Of a stretch of DNA of 64,000 nucleotides, positions 10,051 through 19,769 are shown one piece after another. Source of the stretch: a virus. Taxonomy: Duplodnaviria > Caudoviricetes. The DNA lies in the IMG/VR virus record IMGVR_UViG_3300023174_005626, positions 32,001-96,000 of that record. One strand, given 5' to 3'. The notes below the pieces were generated by a model, which did no database searches, was not told where the DNA came from, and saw only the letters and a list, made by a program, of their open reading frames with translations. Within the stretch, counting starts at the first letter, position 1; each line of letters starts with the position of its first letter. The translations under genes and the position numbers were made by a program.

Positions 10051-10881
10051 TTATTTAACTTCCTTCTTAATTCCTCCAGCAGTAGAATAAGTTTTAACTA
10101 TATTATCTGGTTTATCTTTAAAATGTTTTTTCATTACTTCTATGTTTTTAGGGTCATCATCTGAAAACCCTATAGAAGGCATCTCTGGTATAAACTTATT
10201 ACCTATATCATTTTTTAGAAATGCTCTTTTATTAAGTACTGCAGCCATACCTTTTATATAGTCCACAAACTCATCCATTGCACGAACCTTCGCCTCTTCA
10301 GGATTAGTTGCACCTGTTTCGTCTCCAAAAGAAACGGGGTGGTATTTGTTGAGAGCTAAATAAGTTTTAATTAACTCATTATCAGACATCTCTTCTTCTC
10401 CCGCAAATGTTCTATATTTCTTTAAGTTTTTAACTAACTCATCTTTACTGATTCCGTTGAAATCATTGATGATATAATTGTAAATTGCTTGCTTTAATGT
10501 GTTGGGGTTGTGACCTCTCGCAGTAATGATTGAAAAAATTGAACCACTATTAATTGCTTCTCTAAAGTCATCAAACGCAGGTCCTTCTTTGGCTTTCATC
10601 GCATCTATTACAAAATCTTTATCACCTGATGTTCTAAAGTTTCTGAATGGGTCTTCAGCAAATCCAACAATTGTGTGACCCTTATAATTAAAATTTTCTT
10701 TGCCAATATGTTGTCTATGTTCCGCAAAGTCATCGGTACTCATACCTATTTCTTCACCATCTTCGTCCTTTACAATTATTTTTGTTGGCATGTGAACAAT
10801 ATTATCATCCCAATCAAAGGCATAATATTTTAAATCTGGTGTTTTTTCATTTTTAAATCCTTCTATTATTCTCGTTCTCAT
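10051..10881 (-). CDS. HAD-superfamily phosphatase-like protein
   Basis: Motif I YAFDWDDN, motif II IITARG, motif IV GFSDDD. Confidence 0.7.
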   Translation of the reverse strand: MRTRIIEGFKNEKTPDLKYYAFDWDDNIVHMPTKIIVKDEDGEEIGMSTDDFAEHRQHIGKENFNYKGHTIVGFAEDPFRNFRTSGDKDFVIDAMKAKEGPAFDDFREAINSGSIFSIITARGHNPNTLKQAIYNYIINDFNGISKDELVKNLKKYRTFAGEEEMSDNELIKTYLALNKYHPVSFGDETGATNPEEAKVRAMDEFVDYIKGMAAVLNKRAFLKNDIGNKFIPEMPSIGFSDDDPKNIEVMKKHFKDKPDNIVKTYSTAGGIKKEVK

Positions 10882-10889
10882 TGTTGGCT

Positions 10890-10917
10890 AAAAAATGGGG
10901 GAGATAAACTCCCCCTT
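10890..10917 (-). terminator. Intrinsic terminator after the sheath gene
   Basis: GGGGGAG/CTCCCCC stem followed by TTTTT on the minus strand. Confidence 0.75.
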
Positions 10918-10924
10918 ATTTTTA

Positions 10925-13900
10925 TTAGATATTTTCAAATGAAGCTCCTGTTGGTGTGATAAAGAATTCAATATCAATAAATTCAAGAGCTTTAGTTGGT
11001 TTAAGATAAATTTTACCTGTTAAAGTGTTTCTATCTAAGTCTTCAGGTGAAGAAGATACTGTTACACGGAAGTCATAAAGACCTCTATCTCTTCTAATAC
11101 CATCTAAGATTGGGTTAACACTATCCAAAAACTGTTGTCTTACAACTTGGTCGTTTTGTTCAAATAACAATCTAACCGCTACAGCTGAAATTAACTTACG
11201 AGCTTGTAACAACAATCTTCTAACGTTTAATCTGTTAAGAGCTGTGTCAGCAACTTGAAGTGTCTTGTTACCCCAAATTACAGTTCCAACGTCAGCAAAT
11301 GTTGCGATTGGGTTGATTCTACCTTGATAAAGAGTATCTCTATCTTCTTGAGTCAACTTAACTCTCGCTTTGATTGAATTTACAAGACCTCTTGTGTAAC
11401 CCGCTGATGCGAACCAAGGGAATGCAATATTATCTGTTAAAGCTAAGTTTCTACAAACCTCGCCAGTTGCTGGTAAATAGATTTGTGTATTATTAACAGT
11501 ATCTCTTGTTAAAATCCAAGGATAATAAGTAGCCGTATAGTTTGAATCAATTCCTGTATTATCTAAATTATCAACAGCCTCTTGTGGATAGATAATCGCT
11601 TGAGGGTCAGTTGCATCAGGAAGATACATGTTATAGTCAGGAGTTGTTACAATATACACGGAATCAGCTCTTTGGAATTGAATCATGTTGATAGCCGCTT
11701 CACACAAATTAGAATTAAATACATAATCAATACTTGCAGTTGCAAATACGTTTATGTTTGTTGCTTCAGGATTTGCAAAGGTTAAGATACCAAGTAAGTA
11801 AGCGTAGTAGTCAGTGTTTGCGAAATCTTGAGTATTGTTTTGTACAACAATTCTCTTGAACATACCGTCACCTGTTGCTGTAGGGTATCTTGAAGAAGGA
11901 TAAGCTCCTGCTAAATAACCTGACGCACCTAATTGGAATCTATCTGTATTTGTTCTTGATTCTTCATAAATATCCCAACCATCAAATCCACCAGCAAAAC
12001 ATACTGTATACTTTCTTGAGTAGATATAGTAGTAAGGGTTTTCTTGAGTTTCTGGGTCCATTCTAAAATCTGCAACCCCACACTCAAATGCTGTTTGACC
12101 GCTTGTCTCATATATGTTACCGATAGTAACAACAGTTGCTCCTGAGTCCATATGGAATCCTTTTGAAAGTACATTCCAAGGAATAGAATCTGTTGCAACT
12201 TCCCAACCTGATTGAGGATTTTGTTTACCTTTATAAGTTAAGAATGATTCGTCAATACCATATTCTGTTGAGAATCCTAAGTAACTTCTTCTTACAATGT
12301 TACCTGGAGATTCAACAGCGTTGGTACCACCGAAAGGACTATTAAATGGAGGGTTAGCAATTACTTCACCAGGATAATAATACTTTGTTTTGAATTTAGG
12401 ATATGGTGATGGGTTATTAGGACTAGCGTATTCTCTTTGTGTGTAACCGTAGAACCCACAAGGTAATGCATCAATAGGATACTCGTCAGCTAATTCAATC
12501 ATAATATATTTTGAAATAAGAGCAAACTCCCCGTTAGATGAACCAATTTTTTTAGCAACAAAATTATTTGATGCTGGGTCCATGTTACAGTTTGTAAATT
12601 TCTCAATAACCACAGGATTTGCATCTGTATCAAAGAAGTTTCTAACTAAAACATCAAAACTCATATTATTGAATGATAAGTTAGCAATTGAAACTTTAAT
12701 CTCAACATTCGCGGAATCTCCGTCAGAAATTGAAATAAATTTAAATAATCTATAAACTCTATTACCTCTTAATTCTGAAACTAAGAATGGTGTTTCAGGT
12801 GATTGATATTTTTCTAAATTCCAAGCAATTGAAGAAGCACTTCTACTTCTAGCACCTGGTAATGCAACTAACTCACAATTTAAACCTTTAATATAACCTT
12901 GGTTGTATGCATAATTTAAAGTACCAGGATAAATCTCCTCAACAAATATCGGTGTTTCAAATCTTGATTTACCAAAATTATCTAAACCTAATACCTTTGT
13001 AATATATTTTGAAGATGCTGCAGATAAAGAAGATTCTAGTTGGAATGCATTACCATCTTTAGTAATACCTGACAATAAGAATTGTTCGTATGGTGACTGA
13101 GTAACTCCTGAATACTGACCTGTACAAACCATAGTTAAATCAGTTAAACCACTAACCTCATAAATTGGTCCATGGTCATCACTACTAGCGCTATTGGCAT
13201 AAAGTGAAATACCTCTTGAACGAAGTGTTGCGATTACCATGTTATTAAACTCAGAGTATGCAGTTCCTGAAAAAGTATAAACATTACCTTCAATTGTACC
13301 TGTATAATTTCCTGCCGCTCCCGTTACTAAGTTTGTTACTGAATAATAGAAAGAGTAACCTGAATAATCATTACCTGAATAATTGTCAAAGTTAGCATAA
13401 AACCAAGCATCGTTATTATTAGAACTTAAATCGTTTGTCTCTAAGTTATTAGTATCACAAAGATACTCATTGATTTGATTACTATATTGTGTAACAACTG
13501 GCCAATAATCAGAACCTGGTATTGCACCATAGAATGCAACTGTTGTTGCAGATAATGATGGTTGTTGTGCTATACTATTAATCTCGGTTGAGAAATCAGC
13601 AAATAAGTTAGATGTACTTCCATCGCTCATTCTATATTGAACATAAAGATTTGGTGTGATATAACTATCAAACACCGCATCAGGTGTTGTAAAATTAAAC
13701 GTATCACCTGTAGAATTTCCACTGAAATCTATAGAGAAAGCTTGACCAACATTTGTTTCTAATCCAATTGTTGTTGGGTCAACATTAGCTGTTGTTCTAA
13801 TACTCCATGATGGACCCGCATCATAACCCGAAAGACCCAATACTCTCGTAACAAACAATTGGTTAGATTGTTGTAAATAAGATTTTGCGATATACGCAGC

Positions 13901-14137
13901 CTCATATTGTGGGATTTGTGTATTCACAAACTTGACAGGTTCTGTACCACCGAAGTAGGCTTGGAATTCGTCATAGTTTGTTATAAAGACAGGTTCAAAA
14001 GCGGGACCCTTTATAGTCTCACCTACTAAACCTAATGTTGTAACACCCACGCTCTGAGCCACGAACGATAAGTCCGTTTCAGATGTATAAACACCTGGGG
14101 ATACAAATACTTTTTGATTAACTTGTGCTGTTGCCAT
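10925..14137 (-). CDS. gp18: Contractile tail sheath protein (1070 aa, enlarged)
   Basis: N-terminal VSPGVYTSETDLS..GETIKGPAFEP; C-terminal PWFASAGYTRG, INPIATF, IWGNKTL, NVRRLL, IYLKPTKALEFI. Confidence 0.95.
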   Translation of the reverse strand: MATAQVNQKVFVSPGVYTSETDLSFVAQSVGVTTLGLVGETIKGPAFEPVFITNYDEFQAYFGGTEPVKFVNTQIPQYEAAYIAKSYLQQSNQLFVTRVLGLSGYDAGPSWSIRTTANVDPTTIGLETNVGQAFSIDFSGNSTGDTFNFTTPDAVFDSYITPNLYVQYRMSDGSTSNLFADFSTEINSIAQQPSLSATTVAFYGAIPGSDYWPVVTQYSNQINEYLCDTNNLETNDLSSNNNDAWFYANFDNYSGNDYSGYSFYYSVTNLVTGAAGNYTGTIEGNVYTFSGTAYSEFNNMVIATLRSRGISLYANSASSDDHGPIYEVSGLTDLTMVCTGQYSGVTQSPYEQFLLSGITKDGNAFQLESSLSAASSKYITKVLGLDNFGKSRFETPIFVEEIYPGTLNYAYNQGYIKGLNCELVALPGARSRSASSIAWNLEKYQSPETPFLVSELRGNRVYRLFKFISISDGDSANVEIKVSIANLSFNNMSFDVLVRNFFDTDANPVVIEKFTNCNMDPASNNFVAKKIGSSNGEFALISKYIMIELADEYPIDALPCGFYGYTQREYASPNNPSPYPKFKTKYYYPGEVIANPPFNSPFGGTNAVESPGNIVRRSYLGFSTEYGIDESFLTYKGKQNPQSGWEVATDSIPWNVLSKGFHMDSGATVVTIGNIYETSGQTAFECGVADFRMDPETQENPYYYIYSRKYTVCFAGGFDGWDIYEESRTNTDRFQLGASGYLAGAYPSSRYPTATGDGMFKRIVVQNNTQDFANTDYYAYLLGILTFANPEATNINVFATASIDYVFNSNLCEAAINMIQFQRADSVYIVTTPDYNMYLPDATDPQAIIYPQEAVDNLDNTGIDSNYTATYYPWILTRDTVNNTQIYLPATGEVCRNLALTDNIAFPWFASAGYTRGLVNSIKARVKLTQEDRDTLYQGRINPIATFADVGTVIWGNKTLQVADTALNRLNVRRLLLQARKLISAVAVRLLFEQNDQVVRQQFLDSVNPILDGIRRDRGLYDFRVTVSSSPEDLDRNTLTGKIYLKPTKALEFIDIEFFITPTGASFENI

Positions 14138-14170
14138 TATTAAATTATTCTTTGCAGATTTATTTTAATG

Positions 14171-14177
14171 ATAAATA
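14171..14177 (-). promoter_or_regulatory. Putative late promoter TATTTAT for the sheath gene
   Basis: Sense-strand TATTTAT upstream of the ATG at 14137. Confidence 0.55.
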
Positions 14178-14255
14178 TTCAATACTAACACAAAAAACTT
14201 GACTTTTGGATATGTATTTGTAAACGGTGAGAATAAATTCTGCCTTTTTTCTACC

Positions 14256-14417
14256 ATGAAAACAAAGAAAGAAATAAAGAACATAAAAATATCCCCTGAA
14301 TCACATGAGGTACTGAAAAAGTATTGTGATAAGAGAGGTATTAAAATTTATAAATTCCTTGAGAATTTAATAATTGAAAAGTGTAAAGAGAAGAAAGATA
14401 TCTACGGAGAAAATTAA
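14256..14417 (+). CDS. Small ribbon-helix-helix-like DNA-binding protein
   Basis: ATG at 14256; KNIKISPESHEVLKKYCDKRGIKIYKFLENLI fits a beta-helix-helix pattern. Confidence 0.55.
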   Translation: MKTKKEIKNIKISPESHEVLKKYCDKRGIKIYKFLENLIIEKCKEKKDIYGEN

Positions 14418-15457
14418 ACCAACTTACTATCAAACTGAATCGCGGCTTCGTTTGATGTGTTTTCTTTAGTAACCTCAATTCTCAAAACGTCATTAGTTGT
14501 TATTTGAATTTTTTGAACATCTGTTCCATAATAGTCGTCATTGATATAAACATCGTATGACGATATGTTACTTGATTTAACAAATTCCATATTTGCGGTA
14601 AAATCAATTCTTTCAACCAACATATCATTACCAACCACATATAAAAAATTAGTTAAGAATTCATCTGGATTTTCAGGAAACTGATTTTTTTTCTTTTTTA
14701 ATGTTGACGTGTCAATTTCAAATACTTGAAGGACTCTGGCAATTGCGGGCTTAACTTCAAACTCGGCTTCATCAATAAGATAACCCAACATTGTGAAATC
14801 ATAGTTTTGAATATAATATTTTCTATTCTCAATTTGCATTTGAGACTCATCAGAAATATTGGTTGAAATGATTGGAACATATTGACCTTTAATAAAGGTG
14901 TATGCTTGTCTTGATGAAAACTTTTGCATTACAACTTTATTTAGCTCGTTAAGTTCCCTCATTCTATTACAAATAATTTTAACACTATAGTTAATATCAA
15001 CGGGAACTGGCTGCGGAATTGTATAAATGTCCATACCTTGTTCATTACCATTCCAAGTCGGAACTGAGGCATAATAAAATTGTTTTCTATTTGGAATTGT
15101 ATATTGAAGTGATGGATTTGTACCATACTTAACTTCGGGACTTCTAACAACAGTTATGAATGGTGGAGATGGGTTATTATCTAAATCAACAAATTGAGAT
15201 GTTTCAACATATTGAGACCAGTTCTGAGTGGTAACAATAATATCAACCATTGGAACAATTTTTCCTGCCGTAACAACTTTCAAATCTTCTTTTACAAAAT
15301 CTAACATACCTCTATCTAAATCAGCATGTAAAACTGATTTAGGTAAATAAGTTCCATCTTTGTTGATATATTCCAACAACTGCTCTCTTCTAGAATAAAG
15401 AGTCTTTTGTGGAACCAAAGGTAATGTAGGTTTAACTTGTGTTTTAGGTAATGGCAT
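14414..15457 (-). CDS. Tail terminator/completion protein (gp15-like)
   Basis: PFITVVR..IPQPVPVDINYSVKI..LNELN; lies next to the neck gene and upstream of the sheath. Confidence 0.55.
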   Translation of the reverse strand: MPLPKTQVKPTLPLVPQKTLYSRREQLLEYINKDGTYLPKSVLHADLDRGMLDFVKEDLKVVTAGKIVPMVDIIVTTQNWSQYVETSQFVDLDNNPSPPFITVVRSPEVKYGTNPSLQYTIPNRKQFYYASVPTWNGNEQGMDIYTIPQPVPVDINYSVKIICNRMRELNELNKVVMQKFSSRQAYTFIKGQYVPIISTNISDESQMQIENRKYYIQNYDFTMLGYLIDEAEFEVKPAIARVLQVFEIDTSTLKKKKNQFPENPDEFLTNFLYVVGNDMLVERIDFTANMEFVKSSNISSYDVYINDDYYGTDVQKIQITTNDVLRIEVTKENTSNEAAIQFDSKLV

Positions 15458-15969
15458 TATATTCCTCTAAATTCATTTTCACTTACCCAAGTAGCTGTAA
15501 CCGTTCTATAGAATGGTTTATACCCACCATAAGTGTGTTTATTATCTGACTTAACAAGTCCGTCGTCAATAACTGTATAATATCTAACTCTATCCTCCGT
15601 TTCATAATATCCAAGGTAATCACCCATAAAAATATTAACATCCATGTCATCAAGAGTTTTTTGGTAAATAGAAAATTTCATATTACCTGGCTCATCTTGT
15701 TTAATCTTTGAATTACCAAGAAGTTTGTTCTGTGGTGCCATAACCTGAACCAATCCCTTAAGTTCAACAGGGGCCATGAATTGAATCCCATCTTCCAATA
15801 CCTCACCATACACGCTATCAGTTTTAGTCTTGTATCTATCAATTCTATAAAGAATAACTGTGAAGTTCATATCACCCAACAACCACTCTTCACCCATACC
15901 AATATCCAAGGCGTAGTCTTCCCCACCAAAGAATTTTCCTAAACGTGTAATTGGTACTAACTTTTGCAT
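15457..15969 (-). CDS. Neck/head-closure protein (gp14-like)
   Basis: VILYRID..TDSVYGE..F.APVEL pattern; synteny with tail genes. Confidence 0.6.
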   Translation of the reverse strand: MQKLVPITRLGKFFGGEDYALDIGMGEEWLLGDMNFTVILYRIDRYKTKTDSVYGEVLEDGIQFMAPVELKGLVQVMAPQNKLLGNSKIKQDEPGNMKFSIYQKTLDDMDVNIFMGDYLGYYETEDRVRYYTVIDDGLVKSDNKHTYGGYKPFYRTVTATWVSENEFRGI

Positions 15970-16010
15970 ATATTGATAAATACTTAAAGAGTTATTATAT
16001 TTCTAACAAA

Positions 16011-16415
16011 ATGATTATGAGATTAGACGCACCGAGTAAAATTTATGTTGACAACAGTCCGATACATGGGTTAGGTGTTTTCGCAAAAGAAAAAATATTA
16101 GTTGACGAAATATTTGAAATTTGTCCTGTAATTGATATGGGAATGAAGTTTGGTGAATCTAGTCACATATTAGTTGACTATAGATTTAATTGGCCACAAG
16201 GTGGTGGTGAATGGACAAAACAAGTTGTAACTGCTGGTTTTGGTATGTTATATAATCATAGTAATAATGCTAATGCAAATTGGAGGTCTAACTTTGATAC
16301 AAACTCTTTTGAGTTTTATGCAACTAAAGACATTAACCCTGGCGATGAAATCTTTGTTTGGTATGGTGATATGAGTTATTGGAATGATGGTAGAAATCAT
16401 ACGAATATTATTTAA
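16011..16415 (+). CDS. SET-domain protein (putative lysine methyltransferase)
   Basis: SPIHGLGVFA, LYNHS..NA and YATKDINPGDEIFVWYG are SET signature motifs. Confidence 0.9.
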   Translation: MIMRLDAPSKIYVDNSPIHGLGVFAKEKILVDEIFEICPVIDMGMKFGESSHILVDYRFNWPQGGGEWTKQVVTAGFGMLYNHSNNANANWRSNFDTNSFEFYATKDINPGDEIFVWYGDMSYWNDGRNHTNII

Positions 16416-16420
16416 TTGAA

Positions 16421-18172
16421 ATGGAAATTAGTTTAGAATCTAAAGCATTAACATTGTTGGAAACTTACGAGGGGGCAAACAATTATATATTGGAGCTCAA
16501 AAGAAAATCCCAAGTTAATAGAAAGTTTTACCCAACAAGAAGTCAATCTGAATACATTATTAATAACCACGATAAACAACCAAAGGTTGCTAAGAAGTGG
16601 GTTATACTTGATGCTTATTTTGCACAGAAACTTGCCGATGATAGACTGATGACTGAAATACCTGAAAAGGTTTGGGTTGAGAAATTATTGGCAGACAAAG
16701 AAAAAGCATTTCATATTTGGGGTAAAATAACTGAATCTCAAGAACTACATGACTTTTGGTTACCTAAAGCCTCAATAATTAAAGACAACACAGTTAAAGA
16801 TGTTGTTATTAATTATGAAAAATATTCTAATCGTCCTCCACTTACACATCAAAAGGAAGCAATTCAAAAGTTAGTTGAGAATAAGAAATTTATCTTAGCT
16901 GATGATATGGGTCTTGGTAAAACCACATCTACGATTATTGCTGCTCTTGAAGCTGGCGCTAAAAAAATATTAATCATTTGTCCAGCAACTTTAAAAATTA
17001 ACTGGAAGAGGGAAATTGAAAACTACTCGGACAGGTCAACATATATTGCTGAAGGAAAAAACTTTTCAACCGAACACGACTTTGTTATCATAAACTATGA
17101 CATTATAAAAAATTTCCATGACCCTAAGAAAAAAGATGATTCGCAAATTCTTAGAGCCGATTTTGATTTGGTCATCATTGATGAGGCACACTATATCAAA
17201 AATGCTCAAGCCCAAAGAACAAAACTAATTAATGATTTAGTAAAGAAAGTTGACCGATTATGGTTACTAACGGGAACACCTATGACTTCTCGCCCGATTG
17301 ACTATTATAATTTATTAAGTCTAATAGATTCGCCTGTTGCCAAGAATTGGATGGCTTATGTTATAAGATACTGTCAAGGATACCAATTTAAAGTTGGCCC
17401 AAGAAAGGTGTGGAATGTTATGGGAGCTTCCAATTTGGAAGAACTAAGAGACAGGACTGTAGGGTTAACACTAAGAAGATTAAAAGAAGATGTTTTAGAT
17501 TTACCCGATAAAATTATCACACCCGTTTATCTTAGATTAAAATCTAAATTATATGAAGAAGTAATGGGTGATTACTATAATTGGTACGAAAAAAATCCTG
17601 AGGAATCAAAATCTTTAACGGTTCAATTTACAAAACTTACCAAAGTAAGACAAATTATTGCCGATGAAAAGATTGCCCAAACAATTGAATTAGCCGAAAA
17701 TATTATTGAGCAAGATAAAAAAGTTATTATATTCTGTAACTTTACAGATTCACTTAACAAAATTTGTGAACACTTTGGAAAAGTGGCAGTCAAACTTGAT
17801 GGTTCAATGTCAAAAGGTGAAAGACAATTGTCTGTTGACCAATTCCAAGAAAATCAAAAAGTGAAAGTATTTGTTGGTAACATTAAAGCGGCTGGTGTTG
17901 GTTTAACCTTAACAGCGGCTGAAGCGGTTATCATGAATGATTTATCCTTTTTACCATCCGACCACTCACAAGCTGAGGACAGAGCTTATAGATTTGGTCA
18001 AAAAAATAATGTATTAGTTTACTACCCAATATTTGAAAACACTATAGAAGGAATTATCTACGACATATTAGCAAATAAAAAACAGGTTATATCTACAATC
18101 TTAGGTGATAACCAAAACAGTCCTGATGCGGCTGAAGAAATCTTAAAAAGAATTAATGAAATGCGTCGTTAA
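16421..18172 (+). CDS. SNF2-family (HARP/SMARCAL1-like) helicase
   Basis: LADDMGLGKT, DEAH, LTGTP, AAGVGLTL, QAEDRAYRFGQ. Confidence 0.92.
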   Translation: MEISLESKALTLLETYEGANNYILELKRKSQVNRKFYPTRSQSEYIINNHDKQPKVAKKWVILDAYFAQKLADDRLMTEIPEKVWVEKLLADKEKAFHIWGKITESQELHDFWLPKASIIKDNTVKDVVINYEKYSNRPPLTHQKEAIQKLVENKKFILADDMGLGKTTSTIIAALEAGAKKILIICPATLKINWKREIENYSDRSTYIAEGKNFSTEHDFVIINYDIIKNFHDPKKKDDSQILRADFDLVIIDEAHYIKNAQAQRTKLINDLVKKVDRLWLLTGTPMTSRPIDYYNLLSLIDSPVAKNWMAYVIRYCQGYQFKVGPRKVWNVMGASNLEELRDRTVGLTLRRLKEDVLDLPDKIITPVYLRLKSKLYEEVMGDYYNWYEKNPEESKSLTVQFTKLTKVRQIIADEKIAQTIELAENIIEQDKKVIIFCNFTDSLNKICEHFGKVAVKLDGSMSKGERQLSVDQFQENQKVKVFVGNIKAAGVGLTLTAAEAVIMNDLSFLPSDHSQAEDRAYRFGQKNNVLVYYPIFENTIEGIIYDILANKKQVISTILGDNQNSPDAAEEILKRINEMRR

Positions 18173-18212
18173 ATAATTATTGGATTATTTATTATATGGA
18201 TAATCCAAACAT

Positions 18213-19751
18213 ATGAAGAAATTAGAAGAAAAGGTACAACAACTGGAAACCCAAATACTTGAAAACCACGTTAACAAAGAAAAAGAACAGTTGCTTACCG
18301 AAATGAAGAAAATTGGAATAGAGAAATTACCTTATTCCTACTCAGCCCTTAAACCGTTCATTGACCCCGAGACAATGGACTTTCATTATAACAAACATTA
18401 TAAAGGGTACGTGGATAAATTGAATGACGCTCTCTCAAAGAAAAAAAACGGGGATGTAGAGTTAGAGCAAATAATCAAAAACATAAGTCGTTACGACAAA
18501 TCAATCAGAAATAATGCAGGTGGAGCATTCAATCACGCATTATTTTGGAACATGTTGACACCTAATCCAAAAAAACTTGAAGGGGAACTTTATAAAAAAA
18601 TTGTAAAACAATTTGGTAGTTTCACAGCGTTCAAGAAAAAATTTGAGGCGGTTGCCAAAGATAGATTTGGTTCGGGATGGGTGTGGTTAGTTTTAACTGC
18701 GAAGAACACATTAAAAATAATGTCTACACCAAACCAAGATAATCCATTGATGAATGTGATTGAAGGTGGTGGTTTCCCATTATTGGGGTTAGACTTATGG
18801 GAACACGCGTATTATTTAAAATACAGAAACAAAAGAGACGAATATATTGTAAACTTTTGGAAAGTTATTAATTGGGATTTTGTTACAAAAATGTATGAAA
18901 TGAAAACCCAAACAAAGTTAATGGAGTCTGTTGAGTTAGGTAAAATTATTACTGAATCAGCAGATGCGAAATTCTGTGACGCAAAAGAAATTTTATTTTT
19001 TAAAGATTTAATTAACAATTCTAAAATTAAAAGAAGATACCAAGATGGAGTAACTGACGTATTAAGAACAGTATTCCATGATTTTTGGGTTGAGAGTACA
19101 ACAAAAGAAATGTCAGGATTCTACGGAGTTGAATCTAAAGAAGGTAGGTCAATTCTTAATAACCTTAACACCAACTTCAACGCGTTTTGTTTATTGGTTA
19201 AAGCGGTTAACAGACAAATTGAAAATATTGGTAGAACTGATAAGATTTTTAATTTTAGTTTCAAAGAAAATAGAACACTGAAAGAAGTAGAAAGATTTCT
19301 TAATGCTTTAGACCATTTCAAAAAACAAATTTTTACAAAAAATAATGAAGACTTTATTAACATTATTAAAGTTTTAAAAAAGTTATGGGACAGAGGACAA
19401 AAATCTGAAGATAACGTTCAAAAGAAACTTGAAGATTATTTTGAAGGTGACGCAAAAGTTGAAAAAATTGGAGGTCACGGACAAAAAAGAGACGCCTTTA
19501 AAGGTGTTGATATGGTTATTGAAAAGGATGGTAAAACACATACCGCTCAAGTAAAACCATACTCAACAACAACAATTGACGGTGACAAAGTTGCTTTATC
19601 CGATACAGGTAATGTCAAACCTTACAACGTGAACTGGTTGATTTTTATTCAACCTAAAACTAATAAGATATTAATATTTGATAATCATCCATTACAAAAC
19701 GAAAATCAATATATATTTAAGTTAAGTTCACTTCTTCACGAAATAGAATAA
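18213..19751 (+). CDS. sod: Fe/Mn superoxide dismutase fused to a C-terminal PD-(D/E)XK-like domain
   Basis: HYNKH, GGAFNHALFW, FGSGWVWL, NQD, DLWEHAYY; an extra ~270 aa contains GVDMVI..TAQVK. Confidence 0.85.
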   Translation: MKKLEEKVQQLETQILENHVNKEKEQLLTEMKKIGIEKLPYSYSALKPFIDPETMDFHYNKHYKGYVDKLNDALSKKKNGDVELEQIIKNISRYDKSIRNNAGGAFNHALFWNMLTPNPKKLEGELYKKIVKQFGSFTAFKKKFEAVAKDRFGSGWVWLVLTAKNTLKIMSTPNQDNPLMNVIEGGGFPLLGLDLWEHAYYLKYRNKRDEYIVNFWKVINWDFVTKMYEMKTQTKLMESVELGKIITESADAKFCDAKEILFFKDLINNSKIKRRYQDGVTDVLRTVFHDFWVESTTKEMSGFYGVESKEGRSILNNLNTNFNAFCLLVKAVNRQIENIGRTDKIFNFSFKENRTLKEVERFLNALDHFKKQIFTKNNEDFINIIKVLKKLWDRGQKSEDNVQKKLEDYFEGDAKVEKIGGHGQKRDAFKGVDMVIEKDGKTHTAQVKPYSTTTIDGDKVALSDTGNVKPYNVNWLIFIQPKTNKILIFDNHPLQNENQYIFKLSSLLHEIE

Positions 19752-19769
19752 TAAAGATATTTATTTGAT

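Noticed and set aside
1-14137. Bacterial extracellular contractile injection system (eCIS/tailocin)
   Set aside because: Capsid, neck, polymerase and late sigma genes in the same window indicate a complete phage.
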